Part shown: piece after piece, positions 12,716 through 24,011 of the stretch | Layout of the letters: every line of letters begins with the position of its first letter | Position numbering within the stretch: position 1 is the first letter of the stretch | DNA from: Phyllobates terribilis | Lineage: Eukaryota | Reading direction: 5' to 3' | Assembly (NCBI RefSeq): GCF_046119375.1 | Contig: NW_027362768.1 | Span: forward strand, 14,570,001-14,634,000 | Length of the DNA stretch: 64,000 bases | Translations under genes and position numbers: made by a program | Notes under the pieces: model-generated | Seen by the model: only the letters and a program-made list of their open reading frames with translations | What the model was told of the DNA's origin: nothing | The model's database searches: none

Positions 12716-13052
12716 TCGAAAAGTTTGGGGGATCTAAGAGTGTGGCAACCCAGTAGTCATGATTACTTCGAATTCTGACAATATGAGGGTCATGCTGCAG
12801 GTAGTGCAGCAAGAAGGCACTTATGTGTCTTGCGCATCTCGGAGCCCCAAAATTATTTTCCGGGCTAGATGCAGCTAAAAATTATTTTTAATTTTAAATC
12901 TGGTGAAGCTTATTATAGATGGCCTAATAGGATCAGTGCTGCACACTGCTACAAAGCCCAAATTATTTTGCAGTCAAGATACAGATAAACATGATTAGTA
13001 ATTTGAAAGCTTAAAACGGTTGGTAGGGTGATTTTAACCAATCATCAAGCTT

Positions 13053-16000
13053 TTACTCTCCCCAGGATGACACAGGGGTAGAAAAGTCGTTTCGGATCCA
13101 TGATTTGTTCATCTTTATGAACGTGAGTCTGTCTACATTATCAGTGGAGAGCCGCGTGCGCTTATCTGTCAGCACACCACCAGCAGCGCTGAACACACGT
13201 TCAGACAGAACGCTGGCTGCGGGGCATGACAAGATCTCCAAGGCGTAAGTGGCTAGCTCCGGCCATTTATCCAGATTGGAAGCCCAAAAAGAGCAAGGGT
13301 CCAGTGACACAGTCGTGGCTTCAATGTTTACTTGGAGATACTCCTGTACCATCGTCTCTAGGCGTTGACTATGTGTCAGACTTCTTGTCTCCTGTGGCCT
13401 TGCAAAGGATGGGCTAAAAAAGTGGTGAAATGATTCCGCAAAATTGATGTTACCAGCAGATACTGTGGTTCTGTTACGGTTTGAGTGCTGAACACTTGAC
13501 GGTCCCACGGTTGGCAAGTTGGAACTGTGAGATTCACTACGTGCACCACTGGTATTTTGTGGAAAAGCACATGTAAGATTCTGCAACAGTCTCTGCTGAT
13601 ACTCCTGCATGCGTGCATCCCTTTCTATGGCAGGAATAATTTCTGCAAATTTACTTTTGTACCGGGGATCTAACAGTGTGGCAACCCAGTAGTCAGGATT
13701 ATTTCTAATTCTCACAATTCGAGGGTCATGTTGCAGGTAGTGCAGCAAGAAGGCACTCATGTGTGTTGCGCATCCAGGAGCACCAAGTCCCTGTTGTGTT
13801 GGTGGCGAGGTAGCAATCATGCTTCCTTCCTCTGTCCTCTCCCCCCAACCTCGCACAACAGAAATGTGATCAAGGTCTCCCTCATCTGATGAGTCTTCCA
13901 TCAGTTCGTCCTCCACTTCTTCCTGGGCTCCTGCACCTTCCTCACTAGTTTGGCTGCTACCATGCGCCCTGGTAAAATCATCTCCCCCACCCTCACATGC
14001 CTGCCGCCTTGGTGCTGCCGACCGTCTGGACCTTGCAGATGTTAGCCCTTCCGCATACAACTCCTCCTCCTCTACTTCCTCCACCTCCTCTTGTGCCACC
14101 ACCTGACTCCGAATTCTGTTTAACATGTGCTCCAGCATGTAAATCACCGGAATAGTCATGCTGATAATGGCATCGTCAGCACTAAACATCTTCGTCGCCA
14201 TTTCAAAACTGTGCAGAAGGGTGCATAGGTCCCTGATCTGAGACCACTCCTCCAGCGTGATTTGCCCCACCTCTGAATCTCGTTGGCCCAGGCTATACGT
14301 CAGAACGTATTGCACCAGGGCTTGTCGGTGCTGCCACAGTCGCTGCAACATGTGCAGAGTTGAATTCCACCGGGTAGGCACATCGCATTTTAGCCGGTGA
14401 AGTGGCAGGCCCAACGACTTCTGTAGAGATGTAAGTCGCTGAGCTGCGGGATGCGAACGGCGGAAGTGAGCACACAGCGACCGTGCCCTCTGCAGAAGGC
14501 CATCTAGTCTGGGATAGTGGGCTAAAAATTGCTGGACAACCAGGTTCAACACGTGAGCCATACAAGGCACGTGTGTGACATTGCCCCGGCGAAGGGCCGC
14601 ACCCAGGTTTGCAGCATTGTCGCACACGGCCTTCCCTGGTTTCAGGTCCAGTGGAGACAACCATTCATGAAATTGGTTCTCCAGAGCTGACCACAACTCC
14701 TCAGCTGTGTGACTCACATTTCCCAGACATTTCAATGTAAAAACCGCCTGATGACGTTGAGCCCTACTGCCAGCATAGTAAGGAGGTGTGCAGGATCCCT
14801 TCTGCGCAGTTAGAAAGCTTGTGGCATGACCAGACAGGCTTTGGGTGCAGGTGGAAGACCGAGAGGAGGTTGAGGAGGCAGAAGCAGTGGAGGAAAAATG
14901 ACATAAAGAGGATTGACGCACAACTCGTGGGGACGGCAAGACTTGGACAGCAGCCCCTTGTCCTGCTGTCACCATAGTTACCCAGTGCCCAGTCAGCGAC
15001 ATGTAACGCCCCTGTCCATGCCTACTCGTCCAAGTGTCTGTGGTGAAATGCACCCTGTCACACATAGAGTTTCTCAAAGAAGCGGTGATGTTGTGTGCGA
15101 CATGCTGGTGGAGCGCAGGCACACCTTTCTTTGAGAAGTAGTGCCGACTGGGCATCTGGTACTGGGGCACTGCGACGGACATAAGGTCTCGAAAATCCTC
15201 TGTGTCCACCAGGCGGAAAGGCAGCATTTCTGTAGCCAAGAGCTTGCAGATGGTGAAATTCAACCTCTTAGCTTTCTCATGGCTAGGAGGAAATGGTCTT
15301 TTACTTGTCCACATCTGAGGGACCGAGGGCTGGCTATTGTGCTTAGACGGGGTTGATAAGGGTGTCCCCGGCAAACTGCCGGTCTGTGAGGAAGATGCAG
15401 GCGGACATGTTAGGTTGCCTTGATCCAAAGGTGGTGCTATCGATGTCGGACAGCGCTCAAGACCAGCTGGTGTTACCACCTCCAAAGAAAATGATGACCT
15501 GCCAATCACGCTGGCTGTTGCGGGTAAAGAGGTGGCAGGTCTGCGCCCCAAAACAGGTGTGACTGCTGTCCCCCCAGTCACAGAGGATGAAGAGGCCGCG
15601 GATGCACAAGATATGGCAGACGGTGGTTGGCCCGGCCGGCTAGACCGCATTGTAGCACACTGAGCTTCCCACTGCAACTTATGCTTCATGTCCATGTGCC
15701 GGTTCATGCATGAAGTACTCAAACTATGTATTTTTTGGCCTCTACTTAGCTTTTGCTGACAAATGTTACAGATAACACGAGTTGGGTCATCTTTATCGAT
15801 CTGAAAAAATGCCCAGGCTATGCAAGGCTTAGCACCCATGCGACCTGAAGAGCCACCACGACTTGTGGTGAGAGGCAGAGTTGTGTTTGAGGATGCAGTT
15901 GTTGACGTGCTTCCAGTACTACATCTCTGTCCAGGAAGGCGCAACCTGACCTCGTCGTCACTAGCATCTTCCTCCACCTCCTCTGCTGACCTCATCTCTT

Positions 16001-16733
16001 GGCTGACTGTGGGTTGACAGTAAGTGGGATCTCCGACCTCATCATCATCACCCTGTGCGTTATCACACCCGTCGTCCTCAGAGCCTACCTGTTCCTGCCC
16101 TGACAAAAAACTAAAGTTGTCGCTCCAATCAGGTATTTGAGTCTTATCATCGTCTTCCTCATTGTCTCCACCAACAGGAGTTACAGTTTGGGAATGAGGG
16201 TCTACATTATGGTCAGAACCTTCTGCGTCTGGTCCTGGATCCGACTCATAAAGATTCTGGGCATCAGTGCAGATCATTTCCTCGTCTGGATTCACAGAAG
16301 CGCTGGAGTCGACCTCTGATTCCCAGGCTATAGTATGAGTAAACAGCTCTGCAGACTCAACCATCTGTTCTACCTCATACTCAGACGGGCAGCTGGAGAT
16401 TTGGGAGCTGTGAGGAAGCAAGTGCGATTTGGGTGACACCTTTGAGGACTGGAGTATTTGTGATGTTGAAGTTGATGTGGAGGAGAGCCCACTTAAAGGA
16501 GCACTTGATATCCGTTGAAGCACCTGCTGTTTTTGTGCCTCATCTGGAATTTGTAGCGATTGGCGTGGCCGTAAGAAAGGGATCTTATCACATTGTCCGC
16601 TAAAAGAAGTAGACATTTTAGTTTGGCTGGAAGATGGTCTTTCTTCTGCACCTACCCCACGGACACAACCTTTTTTCCCCTTCCCAACACGCCTATTCCC
16701 CTTTCCACCAGCAGCAGGCCTTTTTCCACTCAT
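13053..16733 (-). CDS. Intact hAT transposase (ZBED/Ac-like), 1226 aa
   Basis: ATG-to-TAA open frame. BED finger (AWAFF...CNIC...MNRHMDMKH), catalytic FTTDTW, CDNAAN and SERVFS, CMAH, DVPTRWNST, and the C-terminal hATC dimerisation region. Confidence 0.95.
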   Translation of the reverse strand: MSGKRPAAGGKGNRRVGKGKKGCVRGVGAEERPSSSQTKMSTSFSGQCDKIPFLRPRQSLQIPDEAQKQQVLQRISSAPLSGLSSTSTSTSQILQSSKVSPKSHLLPHSSQISSCPSEYEVEQMVESAELFTHTIAWESEVDSSASVNPDEEMICTDAQNLYESDPGPDAEGSDHNVDPHSQTVTPVGGDNEEDDDKTQIPDWSDNFSFLSGQEQVGSEDDGCDNAQGDDDEVGDPTYCQPTVSQEMRSAEEVEEDASDDEVRLRLPGQRCSTGSTSTTASSNTTLPLTTSRGGSSGRMGAKPCIAWAFFQIDKDDPTRVICNICQQKLSRGQKIHSLSTSCMNRHMDMKHKLQWEAQCATMRSSRPGQPPSAISCASAASSSSVTGGTAVTPVLGRRPATSLPATASVIGRSSFSLEVVTPAGLERCPTSIAPPLDQGNLTCPPASSSQTGSLPGTPLSTPSKHNSQPSVPQMWTSKRPFPPSHEKAKRLNFTICKLLATEMLPFRLVDTEDFRDLMSVAVPQYQMPSRHYFSKKGVPALHQHVAHNITASLRNSMCDRVHFTTDTWTSRHGQGRYMSLTGHWVTMVTAGQGAAVQVLPSPRVVRQSSLCHFSSTASASSTSSRSSTCTQSLSGHATSFLTAQKGSCTPPYYAGSRAQRHQAVFTLKCLGNVSHTAEELWSALENQFHEWLSPLDLKPGKAVCDNAANLGAALRRGNVTHVPCMAHVLNLVVQQFLAHYPRLDGLLQRARSLCAHFRRSHPAAQRLTSLQKSLGLPLHRLKCDVPTRWNSTLHMLQRLWQHRQALVQYVLTYSLGQRDSEVGQITLEEWSQIRDLCTLLHSFEMATKMFSADDAIISMTIPVIYMLEHMLNRIRSQVVAQEEVEEVEEEELYAEGLTSARSRRSAAPRRQACEGGGDDFTRAHGSSQTSEEGAGAQEEVEDELMEDSSDEGDLDHISVVRGWGERTEEGSMIATSPPTQQGLGAPGCATHMSAFLLHYLQHDPRIVRIRNNPDYWVATLLDPRYKSKFAEIIPAIERDARMQEYQQRLLQNLTCAFPQNTSGARSESHSSNLPTVGPSSVQHSNRNRTTVSAGNINFAESFHHFFSPSFARPQETRSLTHSQRLETMVQEYLQVNIEATTVSLDPCSFWASNLDKWPELATYALEILSCPAASVLSERVFSAAGGVLTDKRTRLSTDNVDRLTFIKMNKSWIRNDFSTPVSSWGE

Positions 16734-16844
16734 TTTGGTGGTTAACTAATTCACAACTCTGGAGTTGTTTGCACAAAAAAACAATGGATGGTAACCGAGC
16801 AGAGCTGAGTGGCCAAACTGTGGTATTAGGCCAAAACTATTGGC

Positions 16845-18675
16845 TGGGTTAGATGCAGAAAAAAATTATTTTTAATTTGCAACCTGATGGAGGTCAGTAT
16901 AGATGGACTAATAGACCAAGTCCCACACACCGCTAGAAGCCCAAATATTTTTTCAGAGCTAGATGCAGAAAAATTTTTTATTCAATTTGCAACCTGATGG
17001 AGGTCAGTATAGATGGACTAATAGACCAAGTCCCACACACTGCTAGAAGCCCAAATATTTTTTCAGAGCTAGATGCAGAAAAAAATTATTTTTAATTTGC
17101 AACCTGATGGAGGTCAGTATAGATGGACTAATAGACCAAGTCCCACACACCGCTAGAAGCCCAAATATTTTTTCAGAGCTAGATGCAGAAAAAAATTATT
17201 TTTAATTTGCAACCTGATGGAGGTCAGTATAGATGGACTAATAGACCAAGTCCCACACACCGCTAGAAGCCCAAATATTTTTTCAGAGCTAGATGCAGAA
17301 AAAAATTATATTCAATTTGCAACCTGCTGGAGGTCAGTATAGAAGGACTAATAGAACAAGTCCCACACACTGCTAGAAGCCCAAATATTTTTTCAGAGCT
17401 AAATGAAGAAAAAAATTATTTTTAATTTGCAACCTGATGGAGGTCAGTATAGATGGACTAATAGACCAAGTCCCACATACTGCTAGAAGCCCAAATATTT
17501 TTCCAGAGCTAGATGCAGAAAAAAATTATTTTTAATTTGCAACCTGATGGAGGTTAGTATAGATGGACTAATAGACCAAGTCCCACACACTGCTAGAAGC
17601 CCAAATATTTTTTCAGAGCTAGATGCAGAAAAAAATTATTTTTAATTTGCAACCTGATGGAGGTCAGTATAGATGGACTAATAGACCAAGTCCCACACAC
17701 CGCTAGAAGCCCAAATATTTTTTCAGAGCTAGATGCAGAAAAAAATTATATTCAATTTGCAACCTGCTGGACGTCAGTATAGAAGGACTAATAGAACAAG
17801 TCCCACACACTGCTAGAAGCCCAAATATTTTTTCAGAGCTAAATGAAGAAAAAAATTATTTTTAATTTGCAACCTGATGGAGGTCAGTATAGATGGACTA
17901 ATAGACCAAGTCCCACACACTGCTAGAAGCCCAAATATTTTTTCAGAGCTAGATGCAGAAAAAAATTATTTTTAATTTGCAACCTGATGGAGGTCAGTAT
18001 AGATGGACTAATAGACCAAGTCCCACACACCGCTAGAAGCCCAAATATTTTTTCAGAGCTAGATGCAGAAAATTTTTTTATTCAATTTGCAACCTGATGG
18101 AGGTCAGTATAGATGGACTAATAGACCAAGTCCCACACACTGCTAGAAGCCCAAATATTTTTTCAGAGCTAGATGCAGAAAAAAATTATTTTTAATTTGC
18201 AACCTGATGGAGGTCAGTATAGATGGACTAATAGACCAAGTCCCACACACTGCTAGAAGCCCAAATATTTTTTCAGAGCTAGATGCAGAAAAAAATTATT
18301 TTTAATTTGCAACCTGATGGAGGTCAGTATAGATGGACTAATAGACCAAGTCCCACACACCGCTAGAAGCCCAAATATTTTTTCAGAGCTAGATGCAGAA
18401 AAAAATTATATTCAATTTGCAACCTGCTGGAGGTCAGTATAGAAGGACTAATAGAACAAGTCCCACACACTGCTAGAAGCCCAAATATTTTTTCAGAGCT
18501 AAATGAAGAAAAAAATTATTTTTAATTTGCAACCTGATGGAGGTCAGTATAGATGGACTAATAGACCAAGTCCCACACACTGCTAGAAGCCCAAATATTT
18601 TTTCAGAGCTAGATGCAGAAAAAAATTATATTCAGTTTGCAACCTGATGGAGGTCAGTATAGATGGACTAATAGA
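16845..18675. repeat. 110-bp tandem array (~17 units) upstream of the hAT transposase
   Basis: gcaacctg recurs at exactly 110-bp intervals from 16879 to 18639. Confidence 0.97.
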
Positions 18676-19748
18676 ATGATGCTATGCCCAAAAGATTTTA
18701 CTTCACTAGGTGCAGTAAAAAAATTGGTATTCTATACACAGGTGGTATATCTTGCAACACAGATAGGCTACTCCACTGACTAACACACTCTGCAATAGGC
18801 CAAAAAGGATTAGCTTTGCTAGATTCAGCCAAATGCTGTGAAAAAAACTTGCACAGCACTGGCACAGACCTGCCTGGCAAAAACTGATAGGAACTGATGT
18901 AACCTAGTCCTGAAAAGGACTCCAATTACAATTAGTCTTTACTCCCACAATCTATCTATTTAAGAGCACAGACCTGCCTGATAAAAGTCGTAGGAAATGC
19001 TGTAACCTAGTCCTTAAAAGGACTGCAATCACAACTATTCCCTACTCCCAAGCTATCTGTATATTTGTGCGAAAATTGGCTTGAAATTAACAAGGTATAG
19101 CGCACACAGCAACAGCGGTGCCGTCTAACACGCAGCTGCAGCAGTGAGAAAATGGTGGCGACGGGGAAAATGGCTTGGTCTTATAGGGCAAGGACATGTG
19201 ACATACACTGCCAATCACACATGCCCTTGCTTGTGTGAAAAAAAGCACTTCGCTCCGTGTGTGCGCTGCTGATAGGCTGACAGATTGCACCTCCCCACTG
19301 CAAATGCGGGAAAGAGAAAAAAAAATGGAGATCTTCATTGTTCCTGCAGAGATCCATCCCCTGCCCCTCCCCCCGCCCCGCTGTACACTCAAACTGCGTA
19401 TTAACATTAATTTTCATCATTACTGAGAAAAAATCCAGTTATGATTTTGGTGCACGAACAGTTATCGAACATAACCTCGAACAGCCGAATTTTTCTCAAA
19501 TTGTTCGTGTTCGCCGACCGGCTCGAACACCGCCCAAAACAGCTCGAATTTGAGATTGGCGAACAGTTCGAGTAGAACAACGCTCATCTCTAGTAGAGAC
19601 AGTGTCCCAGGTAGAACCTGAGACTGATTCATGCAATACTGAATTTTAGACTAATCCCTGTTTTAGTAAAGAAAGTGTTGTTTATTTCTGTCTCTGTCTC
19701 AGTTTGTGACTCACTGGATCCCTCTCGGACCTCCGGTCATCACATTTT

Positions 19749-19766
19749 TGGCGTAGTCGGCAGGAT
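19749..19766 (+). promoter_or_regulatory. Primer-binding site complementary to the tRNA-Ser 3' end
   Basis: TGGCGTAGTCGGCAGGAT, 4 nt after the LTR end. Complement of the recalled tRNA-Ser terminus ATCCTGCCGACTACGCCA. Confidence 0.85.
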
Positions 19767-19834
19767 CCAGTGTTTGTCATGGACGGAGGCAAGAGAAGAA
19801 ATGACTCTGCCGCACCAGCTGGCCCCCACTGGTA

Positions 19835-20758
19835 GTGGAACCTCTGGCAGCCGCGGCGACTTTGGGAGGATATGTGCAGGTAGGAGCTTTACTCCAGCAC
19901 ATGCCGAAATACGGCGGGCGTAACATGCCCTTGCAGGATTGGGCTGAGACGGTCCGGAGTGTTCCGCGGATGTGTAATCTGGCCCCCACGTTACGAGCCG
20001 AGTTGGCATTAAATGCACTAGAGGGCGACGCTAGGCGGATGGTGATGGTACGTCCAGAGTCAGAGAGGAGCACTTTAGAGAAAATTTTGGAGCTGTTAGA
20101 GGCGAGTTCGGGAGGCCGGGCTCGCGTGGCCTAGCTTCGTTCCTTATTTTTTCCCCAAAGGGAATGTGAGACCTTGATGCAGTACTCGAATACCTTACAG
20201 GAAACGTTGAATGAGGTACAGCGACTAGACCCAGGGGCCAAGGGGCATTCTGAGAGGTAGACCACTTGCTCCGGGATCAATTCATAACAGGGTTAGCCAA
20301 TAAACTCCTTCGAGACAAACTGATGGAGATGACCCAAGCTACCCCGGAATTATCCTTCTGGCTGATTTATGGAAAGGGAGGAGGAGTCTACTCTGGTGGT
20401 CGAGGGGGCAGTGGACAGTGCACAGCTGGAGGGAGGTCGGGCGCCAGTTTCAGGAGGGGGAGGACTGGTAAACGTTGTACAGGCTCTGTGTGCCGAACTG
20501 AAGGAGCTAAAGCTGGAGGTGTCTAAACTCAGAGCTGGGCTCGTCCCTACTCCCGCGGAAGGGCCACCCGCCGCGTCCTCTGGAATGGTGGTTCCGCAGT
20601 CTGCCAGGTCATCCTCCTCGAATGATTCAAGTTCACGTCCACGAGGGGCAGTCACCTGCTGGAGGTGTGGGCGTCGAGGACACATATCCCGATACTGCCG
20701 GATGTCTGCAGCCCCGGAGCCTCCGTCGCCGGCGTTAAACTCCAAGCCGCTGCTATGA
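19835..20758 (+). pseudogene. gag: Gypsy gag, disrupted
   Basis: ORF pieces include LRDQFITGL and the CCHC knuckle CWRCGRRGHISRYC. Confidence 0.88.
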
Positions 20759-20779
20759 GAGGGCGAGCAGCAGCGGCCC

Positions 20780-23700
20780 ACCCCCCACAAAGCCCTCGAC
20801 GGGAAGAACAAGATTTGTTCGCATTCAGTCCAGAGTTTGAAGGGTGGAAAATGAGATGCTTGGTTGACACAGGATCTGAATGTACCATAATGCCCTTAGA
20901 GGTGTACGAAAGGCACTTCAGTCAACTAGTGGTTTCTGAGGACGCCGAGTGATACGACTTACTGCCTCTAACAATGGCCAACTGACAGAGAAGGGGATCG
21001 TGTGGATGCAACTGAAAATGTTTGGTCAAGAGCTGGGTCAGAAAGGGATAGAACTGGTGGTCCACCCTCCTAGAAGAAGGATGGAGGTGACGCTCGGAAT
21101 GAATGTTCTGCGAGATTTAAATCATCAGATGTATGCCAGTGAGGAACCCCGATACTGAGCTCGTGCTACCCACCATCGACCCACACAGAGAATGTTACAC
21201 TGTCTAGTGCTGAGCTGCAATCTCCTGAAGAGTGTGGTCCCTGGGGGTCGAGTGGGCCTGGTCCGAGTGCCATCGCGGACCACTATCTCGCTAGCACCCC
21301 ACATAAACTTTTAATGCTACCAGTGGGGGCTGTGCAGAGACTGAATGGGCTTGAAGTACTACTTGAGCCAGCCACAGAGAAGTCCTCGTTCGCCAAGGCG
21401 CATGTGGCCCGGTCTCTGGCGATTGTGAAGAATGGACAGGTGCCGGTCAGATGCATCAACATTCTAGATGAGGCTGTTACAATTCCTGCTTGGACCATTC
21501 TGGCAGAACTGTTTGTGCCAGCAGAGAAGGTGCCTGACAAGACAGCGTTCGAACTGTGCCGAGATGAGCAGCCTTCCTGGACATACGCAATTGAAGTAGG
21601 CCAGACCGAACCTCCTACCGAAGAATGGAATGGTCGTGTGATCATGGACCAGATGGGATTGGATCGGGAGAAACTGACCCCCGTGTAATTGGAGCAGCTG
21701 GAGAGGGTCTTGTGGGAACATCAAGAGACATGCGGAGAATTTCGGTTGTTCCCGGATGATTGAGCATTAGATTCCCACGGGGGATACCCCTCCTATTAGG
21801 GAACATTATCGTCAAATTCCCCCAACGCTCTATCAAGAGGTGAAGCGCATGGTGGCCAGTATGCTTGACAACCAAGTGATCCAAGAGATCCATAGACTCT
21901 GGGCGGCCCCTTTGGTCTTGGTGCGGAAGAAGGATGGGACCCTTCGGTTTTGTGTGGACTATCACAAATTAAATGCTCACACGGTGCGGGACGCATATCC
22001 ATTACCTCGCATAGAAGAGTCTCTGTTGGCATTGGGTCAGGCCAAATATTTCTCTACGTTGGATTTAGCAAGTGGCTATTGGCAGGTACCAATGGCCAAA
22101 AAAGATTGGGCCAAGACGGCGTTTGTCCTACCAATGGGGCTCTATGAATTCAACCAGATGCCCTTCGGGCTCACTAACTCCTCGGGAAGCTTCCAACGCC
22201 TGATGGAACATTGCTTAGGCTTAGGCGATCTGAATTTTGAATTAGTCCTGATATATCTAGATGACATTGTGGTGTTCGGGACCTCATTTGAAGACCATCT
22301 TGAGAAGTTACGTCAAGTTCTCCGGCGGCTCAGTTGTTACGGCCTAAAAATAAAACCAAAGAAGTGCCAACTGTTACAGAGTCAGATTGAGTATTTAGGC
22401 CACATGGTGCTGCCCGTGACCAGTTAGGTCATGGTCGTGCAGTAGTGGCCACCTCCCCGTACCCTGCGAGAGGTTCGGGCCTTCTTGGGTTTAGTGGGGT
22501 ACTATCGGCGATTTTTACCTAAGTTTTCACAAGTAGTGAGTCCCCTGAATAAGCTTTTAAGAGGCCCCCAAAATCGCCCCATCCCATGGGGACCCCAGCA
22601 GCAAAAGGCATTTGAGGAGGTGAAAGCCACCCTAACTAGTGCTCCATTGTTGGCGTATGCCCAGTTTGATTCCCCTTTCCTGTTATACACCGATGGCAGT
22701 CTGCATGGGCTGGGGGCGGTACTAGCACAAGTACAGGATGGTCAGGAGTGAGTAATTGCCTATGGCAGCAGGTCTTTAAGAGACACTGAATGCAACCCAG
22801 CTAACTACAGCTCACTTGGCCTAGAGCTACTGGCCCTGGTGTGGGCGATGACAGAACGCTTTGCCGAGTATTTAACAGGAGCTGAGGTGCTAGTCATGAC
22901 TGATAATAACCCTCTGGCTCACCTAGAAAGCGCAAAACTGGGAGCGTTGGAGCAGCGGTGGGTCGCTCGCCTTGCTAAGTTTAACTATCAAATTACGTTT
23001 CACTCTGGACGGGAAAACGGAAATGCGGATGCACTCTCAAGGGTGCTTCTTGGGTCCTCGGGGGAAAATGTTGATGACCAGCTTGAGGACACTGAAACCC
23101 CTGACTTGGGGCAGGTACCTATCTTCTGAAGTGTGGTACATCCAAGTGGGGTGGCGTCAGGGATGCCGTTTTTTTTGGGAAAAGCACCCTCGGATTGGGC
23201 GAAAGACCAAAACGATTGCCCTGACATTGCACTAGTGCGCAATTTGGTACAAAAAGGGGTCTGGCCGCGTGCAGAGGAAAAGTCACAGCTGTCTGCGGAA
23301 GGAATGAAACTACTGCGACAGTAGGATAAGTTGTGTGTGGAACAGGGCCTCTTGTACCGTAAGGTGTACCTGCCATCTGAGCTACAGCACCGTTACCAGC
23401 TAGTAATCCCTATGGGGATGAGTCCGGTGGTCAATCGCGAGGCGCATGAGAAGGGGGCCCACTTTGGGAGTGAAAAGACACTCCAGTGGCTACAGCGAGT
23501 CCTCTATTGTCCTGAATTGGGGGGGATGGTGACAGAGGCGTGTTGGCTGTATCGGGTCTGTGGGCTCAGTAAGAGCCCTGAGCAGCGGGCGCCCACGCAA
23601 TCTATTAAGACTTCCGCTCCCTTAGAGCTGCTCATGATTGACTATGTCTTCATAGGATACTCAACGTCTGGGTATTCCTATTGCTTGGTAATGACAGACC

Positions 23701-24011
23701 ACTTCACCAAGTATGCTGTAGCAGTACTGACAAAAGGTCAGACTTCGGAGTCGGCGGCTGAGGCCGTGTGTCGACATTTCATCCAGGTGTTTGGGTGTCC
23801 GCAAAAAATACACTCGGATCAAGGGACATGTTTTCAGGGGGCACTGATGAAGGAGTTGTACCAGCTGTATGGTATCGCACCATCGAGAATGACACCTTAC
23901 CATCCCCAAGGTAGCGGAGCTTGTGAGCGCTTTAATCGGACTCTGTTGCAGATGTTGAGGACGTTAGAGGGTAAACAGCAGGTACACTGGCCTGAGTATC
24001 TCCCCGAATAG
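20780..24011 (+). pseudogene. pol: Gypsy pol (protease, RT, RNase H, integrase) with multiple stops and frameshifts
   Basis: PR LVDTGSECT. RT LRFCVDYHKLN, MPFGL, YLDDIVVF. RNase H YTDGSLHGLGAVL. Integrase HFG...C..C, IHSDQG, ERFNRTL. Confidence 0.92.

Larger units (their letters stand above)
8579..19592 (-). mobile_element. Giant composite hAT DNA transposon, copy 1 (11,014 bp)
   Basis: Imperfect TIRs TAGTGTTGAGCC / TAGAGATGAGCG (9/12). Perfect 8-bp TSD GTAGAGAC at 8571-8578 and 19593-19600. Subterminal TTCG/CGAA repeats at both ends. Removing it restores the LTR sequence seen uninterrupted at ~25770-25800. Confidence 0.95.

Noticed and set aside
13053-16733. Domesticated ZBED-type host gene
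   Set aside because: It lies within intact TIRs and a TSD and has a second dispersed copy, so it is a transposon gene.
16845-18675. CRISPR-like regularly spaced repeat
   Set aside because: The units are contiguous with no unique spacers, there are no cas genes, and the context is eukaryotic.
18698-19426. Short ORFs conserved between the two hAT copies (75-106 aa; also 8456-9102)
   Set aside because: Conservation is explained by recent duplication; no recognisable domains.
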